64,000 bases of DNA from Camelus dromedarius. Lineage: Eukaryota. The position numbers were made by a program, and so were the translations under genes. Of the stretch, positions 27,400 to 39,145 are shown piece after piece. The stretch is from positions 91,576,001 through 91,640,000 of the forward strand of contig NC_087436.1 in the NCBI RefSeq assembly GCF_036321535.1, given 5' to 3'. Within the stretch, counting starts at the first letter, position 1; every line of letters begins with the position of its first letter. The notes beneath the pieces were generated by a model. The model was given only the letters and a program-made list of their open reading frames with translations, did no database searches and was not told where the DNA came from.

Positions 27400-28100
27400 T
27401 CTGGTTCCCAGAAGACCCAGTCCTTGCATCCATTCTACTTTTTATATCCATGCTGGGATCTTCTCTTGGGTAGATTTCTGAAACAAACTTCTAAATGATT
27501 ATTTTCTATTCACCTTCTGCCACTTCATTCGAAACTGCTTCCCCAGATGCAGTCTGTCATCTGTTAAACACATGGCTGTGAGATCAAGCTAAGCCTGTAA
27601 TCTTTCAATTGTTCTCACCTTTTCAGGATAAAAGCCTCAATCCTTAATATTTCCTACTTTTCCATTCTTTGAAAATACCAGGCTTCTATCATTTCAGGGA
27701 CTCAATAGAGGCTAATTCTTCTACTCTGGATACGTTCTTTTTCTCTTCATTCTTTCTTAAAAACTCAAATTTATATTTTGAACCTCATTCTGAGCATTTG
27801 AAAACAGAACAAAACTACACAGCAACAAAAATTCCCACTCCCTCTTTTCCCAATAATTTGTTAGATCCCCTTTCTACATGCTTTTTATAACTTTGCAGTT
27901 ATTTAACAATTATCATAAAAGTATCTAAATGCTTAATGTTCTCATTTATTCACTTAATGTCTTTCTCCTCAGTTAGAATGTAAACTCCCTGAGGTCAGGG
28001 ACAAATCTGTCCTTTTTAATGAACTCATCACCAATGTCTATGATCATACTTTGTGAATATGTGATCAATAAATTCTATCTGAATAAATGAATGAATGAAT
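27400..28100 (+). mobile_element. L2 LINE 3' fragment
   Basis: ttagaatgtaaactccctgaggtcagggac...tcaataaattctatctgaataaatgaatgaatgaa terminus. Confidence 0.8.
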
Positions 28101-28221
28101 TAGTGAATAAATAAATAACAAATAGCAGTTCTTAATTTCCTGTGATACCTTAACCAAATATGTCTAATTGTGTCAACTTTTGACATTTTGCCTGAAGTAG
28201 ATTTAGGAAAAGTTGGAATTC

Positions 28222-28706
28222 TATATAAGTCAGGAAACAGCACATCCAAACTGGACAGTTTGAGTAGATTGTATTCAGGGACTGTTTAAAAGGTGTGGAC
28301 AGAATTTTAGGAAATCAACTGGGAATGATTCAGTACCTTGTCACTGGGCATAGGGGGAGCCGTTACCAACCCACATCAGAATGGACACATTAATTAAATC
28401 ATTTCCAAAACCCAGAAGGAGCAACTGGAGAAATCTTCTCTACAGAAGTTGTTGTCTTTGGTGGAAGAGTGAAGCCAACCCAGTAAGATAGAGTCTGGGG
28501 GAAATGTACACAGTGCTATATACCTCACTTTCCTCCCCACCATAAAATCTGTTCATCAAACCCATTTATCAAACCCAGCTGGGAGCCAGAGAACAAGGGG
28601 TCCTGTTAATTCAATTTATTCCATACCTTTCACCGATCACAGAGCACAGACAAGAGGAGAGGGTAGAAAAGTGAATCAAGAAGGGAAAACAGAAGATGCT
28701 CAGTAC
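28222..28706 (-). mobile_element. ERVL solo LTR (LTR33-like)
   Basis: caggaaacagcacatccaaact...agggactgtttaaaaggtgtgg...gggagccgttacca...ggaaaacagaagatgctcagtaca. Confidence 0.7.
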
Positions 28707-29689
28707 AAATACTGTTTCCTATGAAAAATACAATCTGTCATTATGGATGGATTCACATGTGTTTGCTGTTGAAGATAGTATTTATTGACCTTGATTACTG
28801 CAAGGATACTTACCTGAGTAGTTTGTTATTATAATTTAACTTCTTTTTAATTGCCATTTCAATATATATTATACTACAATAATTTGTGAAGATACTGTAG
28901 TGGTCATTAGCTGTATCAAAAATGATTGCTTTTTAACTCAGCAAAGGGAAGGAAACAGACAAAAATTCTCATGGGAATATAGATAAATAATTCTGACTTT
29001 GTTGATTACTCAATTCATGTATCCAAAAGCAAAAATATGATAATTACAAATTTGGAAGAGTTTGGGAATATATGTTTGGCTTGGAAACAAGCATGGTATC
29101 TTTTCGATTTTTAAAGGTTTGTATTATTTTAATATAAAATAAAACAAAATGGTTAACAAATGTCCAAATGTAGAAGGAACAATTAAATAATACTTGACAG
29201 TAGGAAATTAACAATAATTGTTCTCTATCTTCATTTAAACACAAAGGTGGCAATATTTATTTCACTGTAGCTCTTTTCTCTAAGTTTTCTTTTGATAATT
29301 TATTGAGATCCACCTTCTCAAATGCCCCACTATGAAAGTTTGGGACCCCTTCATGAGGAGAACTCCATATTTGTGTTCCCATAAACTGGAGGATTTCAAA
29401 TGTTCTTGACCAATTCATTAAAAAACATATTTTCATTCAGTGTACACACACATACATACTCAACCTCAACCAGCTTTATAATCAATACTTACATTAACTT
29501 TGTAATATACGCTGAAATTTTCTATTCTATGCATCTTTATTCTTAAAGTACACATATACAAGTTTTTAAAGCATTATCATTTATAGGCAGTTTAAAAAAC
29601 AGAGCTTAGGACCCAAGTTGGAAAATCTTTGTTAGTGTGAAGGCTAATGACAGGAAGGAGCACAAACATTTTTAAAAACACTTATTAAT

Positions 29690-30950
29690 ATTCACTTGTA
29701 CACATCTCTGATCTCTCACTTTCTCTCTACTCCCATTACCTGTGTACTGATTTTTAGCATTATCTTATCAAATATGTAGTCTAGTTTACTTGTTTCTTCT
29801 ATTTTAGATTTAGCCACTGCAATCCATTTTCACAAGCAGCAAGTGAGATTTTTAGAAAACAGGAACTTAAACTTGCATCCTACTAATAGGGGTCCCTTTC
29901 TGGCTTTATTTCCTGATACTCCCCACATGCATCCTTTTTCCTGCCAGATCATCTATTTATAGTTGACTGATGGGCTATTTTCAAACCTTTATTACTATAA
30001 GTGTTGGTTAGGAGTCAATCAGAGAACCAGAATAACTATGAATTATATGAAATAATGTATTTATTATAAGGATTAGGCTTTAGAAAATTGTGGGGAAAGT
30101 TGGTGAAGTAAAGTTCCAAAAGTAGATGACTAGAGCATTGGAGAAAAGTCACTAACCCGGAACCAGGAAGGAAAACTGGTGAAGAAGTCTGTGGGATGAA
30201 TTGTTTATGTACTTGGTGGTGGGTCTGAAGTTATCTCGGTCAGTAGTTAGGAGAAAAGCTCTAAGTGAAACAAGGGGAAAAGAATTAAAGATAAATGGGA
30301 ACCCTTAAGCATAAACTGGTATCCTCAGAACTCTAGTGAGATAGGCAATCTGCTGAAGAAGTAGACGTCTGTCAGCCCGGAGCTGTGCATATCTAGCCCA
30401 GGACCTGGCGAAGCTGAGGGAAGAGATCCAATAGCAGGTGGAGAAGCTGCGGATGATGAGCACACAGGTAAAGAAGCCAGCACATCACCAAGAGGGTGCC
30501 AAGCCCGGGGGGTCGGGGAGACCCAACATTCATCTTTGTAGGTAATAGCTACTGCTTCACTTGCACCTTTCAAATCTCACTTGAATCTCTTTTGTCCAGT
30601 CCTAACAATATCAGGAGGGTGATTCAGGAAAATTTAGCTCCTGTTGAACTAAACTGGCTGAGTCCAAATTCACCATAGTCTCTGTTAGCTCTTTTCTTCA
30701 CCTGGAGAATCCCATCACCTAAATTCTGTCACCTAATTGAGGTAGCATTTCTTCCCACAGAGAAACCTCTTCTGTATCCACATTTGTTTCCAATGTCTTT
30801 CTTCACAAATTTTATGACAAACTTTGCAAATGTCTATCATAGTAATTACCGTATTTCATACTTATAAATTATCCAAATTTAGTGTTTCAAATTTCACTCT
30901 TAAACCTAGTTCTTAAAATTGCTCAAAAATGATTTGTTGAGGGAATAAGT
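29690..30950 (+). mobile_element. L2 fragment split by the LTR at 30002-30677
   Basis: L2-like pyrimidine-rich sequence on both sides, ending ctcaaaaatgatttgttga. Confidence 0.5.
30002..30677 (-). mobile_element. ERVL solo LTR (LTR41-like)
   Basis: tgttggttagg...ctatgaattatatgaaataatgtatttattataaggattag...gattcaggaaaatttagctcc...ccaaattcaccata. Confidence 0.6.
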
Positions 30951-32099
30951 GAATAGCACTTAACACATCCTTCTTTTGTGTTGGTTTGGATAAATATATC
31001 AACTGTCCCATTATATTATACTCTTCTGGAGAGAAAGGTTCAGTGGTTTATTAGTGTCTCTGTGATCTCAGCCCCTAACAAATGCTACAGACATTTTATA
31101 TGTTCAGTCAGTTTTGCTCAGCAAACACTTCTGTATACATCACTATCTTTCCTTCCAACAGTGGAAGACATCCTCCCTGACAGATTTGTACATTTTCCAC
31201 ATGTTCATATTACTGATTGGTCCCATAATCGAGGGCACTTAATAAGTACTGGTTGACAGTGTTCAGAGAGTTATATTAAAATCAATATGTGAATTATACC
31301 TGACAATTCCAGATGCCTGATGTGTTCATGGGTAGATATTTCATGAATGGCACAATGAATTTTAACGCCTTTGTGATTTGACTTGTCAGAAAGCCAAGTC
31401 ATTGATCATCTTTATAATCCCCACAATGAATGAGTCTAACTCATGCATAGAGGAAGTTACGGTTGCTGTCACAAAATATGATCAATCATTTAAGAATTAA
31501 TTTCAGTAAAATGTTCACAGATAAATTAGATCACTTTTGCCATTTGAATATTTGTTTTGCCTCATCACTTTTATGGCTTCTCTTATCCTTTTGTGAGGCA
31601 TGTAAGCTCTCTGCCTACAAATTCAACTGAGTAAAACAGACCATTTGAGACACACTCACATGTTCACATCTTTGGGAGAAAAATCATTAAACTATTCACC
31701 AGTTGAATGCAATTCAGCACCATGAAAGTTTACTAGGCAACATGTTTATTCAGTCGAATACCCTACGTTCTGATTTCTAACAACAGAAGCCAGCTGATTT
31801 TCACAGTCAATAACAATTTACAGATAAAAATCAATCCACTTTACTTGACTGGATTGCCAAACATCTTACACCTATTTATGTTTTGAATTGTGGGTTTTTT
31901 TCCAAAGTAAACATTTTGAAAATCTCAATTTGTTTGTAAAACATTTTAAAGTCATTCTTCCTCTCTTACCTCTTTTTTCCCAGAATCCCTTGTCCATCTT
32001 TTCATATCTCATACCCCTTGGATTTTGAATGTTCCTCTTTATACCTCTCCTTAATTAAAACTCTCATTTAGGACCTTTTAAAGAGAGGTTGATGCAACC

Positions 32100-33370
32100 T
32101 CCATTTCTGACTATGACAGATTGTATTTTACCAGACCAAACTCCCTTTGAAAGCAGCAACTATAAATGACATATGAAATACAAAAACAAAAACAACAAAA
32201 GCATTGATTGAAGCCATCAGAAAATAACTTAGGCAAGACTTGAGTGGCCAGATTCCAAAAGGACAGAAGTGTCTTAAAATTAGCTGGACAGGGCATTTGC
32301 TAATTCTTTGGTGATGCAGAGCCCAGAAGTGGAGCTGAAAGCAGTGGCTCAGGATGTGGGACAGCCTCCCAGGACTAGAAGACAAAAACTGGAGTTCTGG
32401 TCTACTAATGTAACTAGGAATTAGGGAACTCATGCATTCTGCTCTACTTTTCTCCTTATTACACTTGAAGATTTGAAGATGAATGAAAGGAGAGGTCAAG
32501 AAGCCAAGCAGAGAGGAAAACAGAAAAGCCAAAAGCTAAGGGGAGCTCCTGGCAATCTTGCCTTGCCAAGGAGATAAAATTGTGAGTTCAGTGCAACCAA
32601 GGACACAGAGCTCTAGTAAGTACCCCAGGCTTTCAATTGCAACCTCTGAAAAATATGCTAGGAGTAAAAGCAAACTGGAAATAGATCAGACCTCAATAAT
32701 TTAAAACCCTATTTCAAATCATTTACTTTCAGAATGGTGCAAGATAATCTGGCCCTACTTGATTGACTTTCCAAAAAAAATTCTCTCTGGGGGAAAATTA
32801 CATCATCTGGAGTTTCTACAATGCTTTTCCACACAATGATTTAAAATCACCAAGGCATGCCTGGAGACATGATCAAAAAGAAAGGTGAAAAAATAGACAA
32901 TTAAAAAAAACCTTGTAATTGAGATACAGGGACTTTCAGACATGAAAATCATTCCAATTTATAGTTCAAGAAAATAAAGACAATATTGCACATTTCATCA
33001 GAGTAATAGAATCTGTATATAGGCTTAAAGGGTAATTCTAGAACTAAAAAGTGCAATGGTTAAGATCAAGAAATTAAGAGATGACTTTAACTGTTGATTA
33101 AACAGAGCAGAAGAGAAGATTACTGAACTGAAAGATAGGACCATAGAAAATATCCAAAGTGAAGCATGAAATAAAAAAAGAAAAAAATACAGAAAAGAGT
33201 GTAATAGATACATGCAACTTAATAAAAGATCTAACATATTTTATTCAAAGTCCAAAAAGAAGCAAAGAATGAGAATTAAGCAGAAGCAACATTTAGACAG
33301 ATACAGTCTTTGAATTTTCCAACACTGACATCAGACATTGAGCCACAGAGTCAAAAAGCTCTAAGTAGAA
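32100..33370 (+). mobile_element. Old L1ME 5' region with decayed ORF1
   Basis: 33033 onward reads ILELKSAMVKIKKLRDDFNC*LNRAEEKITELKDRTIENIQSE, an L1 ORF1 coiled-coil; upstream part resembles an L1ME 5' UTR. Confidence 0.75.
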
Positions 33371-33529
33371 TCTCATGTCAGAACTCTTCCAGGCATGCAC
33401 CATGCACTCTTGGAAGCACCTACTCATAATGTTTGGTATCTTTATTTATGTAATTCTTTTTTTTAAATCTCCCAGGACCTACCTTCCAATCACATTTACT
33501 GCATCAATGCATAGCTAATGTGTAAAGTT

Positions 33530-33830
33530 GTGAATAAGAGAATCACCACAGAACAACTGACCAATAAAATTGTGGCTCCTTCTCACAGTGGACAAGAATA
33601 AATGCTTTGAGATAAAGCATGACATCTCCTTTATGTAGCTAATTGTATAATAACCTCCTGTGGCACAGAGGGAAGAGGAAAATTGATTTCTATCCTATGA
33701 TAGTAATTAGCTTTTATGCCTGAGAATAAGGATTTATAGCAGCTCTTAACAGCTGTCTGAAGCCAGTGGGAAGGAATTATTAGCACATCTACTGTGCTGG
33801 AGATTTATCCAGGCCAATCAGAAACTTGGC
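33530..33830. promoter_or_regulatory. Candidate enhancer / conserved non-coding element
   Basis: Repeat-free block with CCAATAAAA (33561), CTAATTG (33639), TAATTAG (33704), CAGCTG (33750), GTGGGAA (33766), GGCCAATCAG (33812); conservation not verified. Confidence 0.4.
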
Positions 33831-33832
33831 TC

Positions 33833-33857
33833 GTGTGTGTATGTGTGTGTGTGTGTG
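33833..33857. repeat. (GT)n microsatellite, interrupted
   Basis: Directly visible. Confidence 0.9.
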
Positions 33858-34859
33858 AATGCGTGAAATGTATTATTTTTCCCATATCTCTTCATTCGAT
33901 GTATGGGTACCTGTTTATTAAGAATCTGTACACTTAAAAAAGGAGGGGGAAAAAGACCAAGAGGAGGTTTTGAGGATTTCCTTTGCATATGAGTATCTTC
34001 AAATGTATCTTGTATTTTACTGTACTTTGTAATAATTGACTTTCCTCATGGGACGCATCATTTCATAATGTCTCCAATTATTGGCTATATGTTTCTTCTA
34101 CATTATTATTATTAGTTACTTGAAGACTCCTATCAAACTTCCCTCGTGTCAGTACTTTTTCACCATTCCTTAGAAACTCAGTCTAAAGCTGTTTTTCAGA
34201 AATACCTTTAAATATAGTTCTTCTCATCCTATTTGGAAACCTAATCATAAAGGATCATTTAATTGCTCTGATTTTATCTGTTTTGGCTTTGTTCCATTTG
34301 ACTTCTTAACATCAGGAGGTGCTAATAACTAAATGTATTTGCTTGATGGTGTTGAAGTAAACAAGCAGCACTGCTCTCCTGTACTCTTGTAATTCACCAA
34401 CATGCACCCTGAACCAAGTACTCCAAACTGTGTTCTCCGGTCCTTGGTAATCTCTTGCTGAGTCCTAGGTTTGAAATGTATTCTCTGCAGGACTTCCTTG
34501 GCAGCAGCTGTGCTCAGGTAGAAGTCTCCATCTGTACCCAGAGAAGCTACTACTCCTCGCTGATAAGAGGGATGAGCTCAAGTGCAAGAGAAAGCCCTTT
34601 CAGAATCCAAGTAACGTTCACCGAAGATCCTACTGCTCTTGTAAACTAGGTCAGTCATTTTGCATAGTCTGAATTCTGTTTGCTTCTCAATGTTCACTCT
34701 CTGATCCGGTAGGATGAAACATGCAACACCAGTAAGCACATCAAACATTTAAAACAAAAAGCCTTCAATGCAGTAGCGCACTTGGAGTTTCTGTCCAAAC
34801 TTAGCATTAGATTTTGGAGGTAATATTAAAATACTTTTGGAGAGTAGAGAAGATAAAAA

Positions 34860-35380
34860 GAATCAACACTGCTTAGCACTGTGTGTGCCTCCTTTCAGTA
34901 CTGCATCTAAGGAAAAATACAAAGGAAAACGCCTCTCCCCTTCAAGGGACTTAGAATCCCATAGACACACAGGGCAAACAGGAATCTCAATATAGTTATG
35001 GTGGCACCAGTGGTGCCAAGCATATTGTGCTGTGGAAACATAGTGGGGACACTTTTGGGATTCAGGAATGTCACAGATACATTGAATTTTATACGATGGG
35101 TTGCAGAGAAGTAAATGAAGAAGAGTGACAGACATTCCATGCAAAGGCACAGCTTAAGAAAGGCCCAGAGGCGAGGGAGCCCACCACTGTCAGGAAAAGC
35201 AAATAGTCCAACATTTAGTTAGTCCAAGATTTACCAAGAGAAGATGCTGTAGAAGCAGAACAGATTCAGAACAAGTGTTACTCTAATATACTAATTAATA
35301 TGGATTTTATCTTAGAGGAAACTGTGGGAGTGGTGTGCTTATATTTGCCTTTGAGGAAGAGCATTAAGTTGACAACGTGT
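34860..35380 (-). mobile_element. L2 LINE fragment
   Basis: cttagcactgtgtgtgcc...ccccttcaagggacttagaatc...cattccatgcaaaggcacagc...ggattttatctt. Confidence 0.6.
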
Positions 35381-35395
35381 AAAAGATAAATCTAT

Positions 35396-35422
35396 ACACA
35401 CACACACACACACACACACACA
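35396..35422. repeat. (CA)n microsatellite
   Basis: Directly visible. Confidence 0.95.
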
Positions 35423-35574
35423 ATGATACATGATTAGGCTAAAGTGATTAAGTGACAGAACCAGGCTTAAAACTAAAGCATACACCTCCTCACATTTTAT
35501 TCTGAACTATATTTTAACTCTGAAAATGCTTTTAACTATTTTAATTAGCCTCGCCACGGATCTGTTCAGCCGGC

Positions 35575-35730
35575 ACCTCAGTTGTAGGTATAGCGTTACC
35601 TTCCTTCGGCCAAGAGGGAACTGAAACTGGTGGCAAAAATGACTTGTCTAAGGTCACAGAGGAAAAAAGAGACAGAATAAAATCTAAGGTCTCGAGATTC
35701 TCAGTCCAGAGGGGCTTTTTTTTGCACTAA
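35575..35730 (-). mobile_element. MIR fragment
   Basis: gagggaactgaaact...tgacttgtctaaggtcacag. Confidence 0.6.
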
Positions 35731-36859
35731 ATCTCATTGCAACAAAGAATATCATCCACATGTGTAGAGAAGTATAAATGCATTATCTGACTCTAAAAGG
35801 AAACCGCCTAGTCTTTCCCTGTATTATAACATTTCTTCAAGAATGCTATTTCCTAATTTTTGTTAACCAACTCAAATCTCTTTAATCATTGTATATTCAT
35901 TCTCTTGCTTTGTGTGGGCAGATCTGTGTGTTTTCACATCCATCTGGAAATCAACTACTCAAATAAACTACTACCAGTGTTACTTATAACCATAGTAATT
36001 TTCAGGTATTGGTGCCATGAAATAAATAAAAATACAAGTGTATTGGCAGATATTATAGTATCTTGAGGAGCTTGTTGAATTGGTGTTTCTACGCATCTAG
36101 TAAAATTTTAGAAAATTTTTTTGTCAAGATCTCCTTTCCTGAGATCTGAAAATTGTTTTTCAATCCCCTTACACCAAAGCTACTTCTTTAAATACTCTGC
36201 CCTTTGACTTTCATCAATCAAGCAAACTTAAGCTCTCTCTCAGGTAAAAACAAGACAATTTAAACACTTTATTTCCAAGGGAAAAATACATTTAGAAATA
36301 ATTTACACACATATTCTTTGTAGATTGTTTGCATTTACCCAGATTATAGCTCTGTCTCACAGCTACATAGTAGAATGTATATGACATAATCTGCCTGAAT
36401 TAAATTATGAATTTAATAGATCTCATTTGTGTATTGTGAACACTTTGGATGCTCTTTTCCTTCTAAGCTTTATTCCTTGAAAATATAGTTTCCACGCAGT
36501 TTCCCAGCCACGGTAAACTTATTGTTAACTGACAACAGAATGATGGATTGCTATTCAGAGCACTAATTGTGATTATTGCCAAAAAAAAAAACAGTATGCA
36601 CAGAAGACACCACAGTATTAAAAGTGGAGGATCTGAACCAAAAATGAGACATGTGGTAGCATATCTTGAAGAGAAACTCACATGTCCATGACGATGAAGT
36701 CTCTAAAGGCACAATTTGATCCCAGGAAGAGCATCAGAATGCCATTTCAGACTCCCAGTTCCTAGTCCCCATAAAATATTCACAGCACTTTACAAACAAT
36801 GCAGTAATATAAAAATACATAATTAATCATCAAGAAGTGAAAAGTATGCTAGAAAACAC

Positions 36860-37510
36860 AGTAGCCCTAGTCTGTAAACATTATCTCCTTAGCTGATTTA
36901 AAGCACATAGTTATGTATGTGCGGAGAATTGTCATTTACAACCCAAAGCTGCAATTATGGTTGAATTATTATCTGACGAACCTTACCTTGATCTGAGATA
37001 TCAATGTCAAGAAAAAGGAGAACTCTCTTTTTTCCAAAATTTGATTTCAGTAATAAAACGTGATTTTCTCTGCACGCACCAGTTGAAATGTCACCTGAGG
37101 CAGCTTCTCAGAGTGGCCCATAGCATGTAATGAGCCGTGAGACAACCGCCAGATGGTTTACGAGTTTATTCATTACAAGACATGATCACAGTTTATTAAC
37201 AAAGAAGAGAGAAAAAAAAGCCCAAAGTTGGCTTTAAAACAAAAGATGAGATATATGAATGAAACAGAACACCAGCAAATGTTCATCTAGGCTAATTGTC
37301 TCTCTGTACGTTGATTTGGGATTCAAATGCCCAATAGTTAACTCGGGAGTTAAGGAACATGGCCAATATTTCTTCTGGTTATATATTTTAAGTGGTGGTC
37401 TTTACTGTTTCAATATATGCTAATTTTCAGCCAATCATGATCAGTCTTCCACAGGAATGAACATAACGCCTTTATTTTTAAAGCTATTGTGCACTGCATA
37501 AAATTAGGGC
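36860..37510. promoter_or_regulatory. Candidate developmental enhancer / conserved non-coding element
   Basis: Repeat-free, locally retains CpGs; TGTAAACA (36873), TGATTTAA (36894), GTAATAAAA (37050), CAGATG (37150), TTTACGAG (37157), GTTTATTAAC (37191); conservation not verified. Confidence 0.5.
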
Positions 37511-38734
37511 AGTATGAGGATGCTCAGGGAGAATACAAGAAAAGAAATGATTTTTTTAATCTCAAAATCTGCTTCACCAGAGGTCCATTCTTACTCAATT
37601 CCGAGGGTTTCAGGTCCTTGGTAGCTGTCATTGTCTGTCTCTCCAACAGCAGAAAGGTGACCTTAGGAACTGTATTCTCCTCTAATAAACAGGGAAGAAG
37701 TCTTCCCAATCTTCTGTCATCTTTTCTGCATATACGAACTTTTTATTTCTTGTATTTTTTTTTCAAGTTACCTTTTCTGTCTTCCCTCAATAGTCTACAG
37801 GTATTCATTTTTTCAAGGGCATTTATCTGCCCCAGGAATGGGAGACCATGAAAGATTGTTAATGAGTTAGCACTAGATTAAATTCTCTGATTATGCCAAG
37901 CCCAGTGGAAACTCTCATTAAATTTTAAAGATAATGGTAATTAGAACTTCTAAAACAGATTTCTTTAAATTCTTATGTGTCTTGTAATTTAAGATGTTTT
38001 GATTTTTCAGGAACTCAGTCAAGATTTTTAGAAGATTATTTTGATGGTTAGAGTTTCAGAAAAATGGTTTTGAAAATCAGGAGTCATAGGCTTCAAGAAG
38101 TCTTTTATTTCCTCAACAAATATTTGCTGAGAACATGCAGGGTGCCTGTTCTACTGTGGGGAGGTATAACCATCAGCAAACAGACATGCATTCTCCTCTA
38201 TGGGAAATTTCCTCTCCTCTGTGGGATGGAGTACAAAGATAGGTAAAAAGAATAGCTATCAGATTTTCTCCTTTTATTAACAATGAAGAGAGGAGAAAGC
38301 AAAAGGTGATTTTTCCCAAAAAAAGGGAATGTTTCCTCCAGAGATAGAGATAAAAGTAACGGTTAGGCAAGAGTGAATGTCTCCATATTTGTTCCATATG
38401 GTATAAGTTATAACCTGGAAGGATGCTAAGATTCTTAGAGATGCCATTGGGTCCATCATAGTTCTCATTAGAGAAGCAATGAAGGCTTTTTTTTTTTTTT
38501 TTTTTTGCTTTCTTTCTTTAAGGGAGAGAGATAGAGTGACTTACTTCAGCAGTACTCACCAACAGAAGACAGAAGACAACTTTCAAATATTGAAGACTTG
38601 CTCCCTCCTGAAATTACTGAGTTTACCAACAGTTACCAAGATTACTTGGTCTGCTCTTAAGCAAAGCAAAAACTCAAGAATAAATTAAAATAGAGAAAGC
38701 AAAAGAAGTTATATTTCCATGAGCATGTATGTTC

Positions 38735-38985
38735 CATGACAAGTATTTATTGAGTGCTCCCTTGGGCTAGATTCTCAGCTAAATTCATTACAAAGATTTT
38801 AATATTTGATTCTGGTGGGTTAATGAAAGGAGGAGGTTTATTTTTTCTTTTTTACAAATGAGGAAATGGAGGCAAAGACAGGTCAGGTAAGACAGCTCAA
38901 AGTTACACAGCTAGTAAGAGGTGGACTTGGTTTTAGAACACAGGAAGTCAGTGACATTTGGCATCACATTAAATGACTTCCAGTT
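38735..38985 (-). mobile_element. MIR SINE
   Basis: tatttattgagtgct...ttttacaaatgaggaaatggaggcaaagacagg...ctcaaagttacacagctagtaag. Confidence 0.85.
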
Positions 38986-39017
38986 ACAGCACTATGAATT
39001 AAGAATCAAGGTTAACC

Positions 39018-39145
39018 AACATTTGTAGATGAGGAAACTACATACCGCAGAGATTCAGTAACTTGCTCAAAGTCATAGGTAGCAGCTCCAGAGTTGAACT
39101 AGGGGCTGAACAGCTGTAAAGAACAAGATTTTAATCCTTAGCTTT
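39018..39145 (-). mobile_element. MIR fragment
   Basis: tttgtagatgaggaaact...cagaga...gtaacttgctcaaagtca. Confidence 0.7.

Noticed and set aside
28814..28910. Minus-strand 97-nt exon with a perfect CAG|gtaagt donor
   Set aside because: Extremely AT-rich, unrecognisable peptide and no partner exons; a few perfect donors are expected by chance in 64 kb (another is near 18060)
29330..29560. Possible hAT MITE remnant
   Set aside because: Only faint resemblance; I could not fix the family or termini
37146..37159. CCGCCAGATGG as a CTCF site
   Set aside because: The 3' part (TTT) lacks the expected CRC; better explained as an E-box next to a HOX motif
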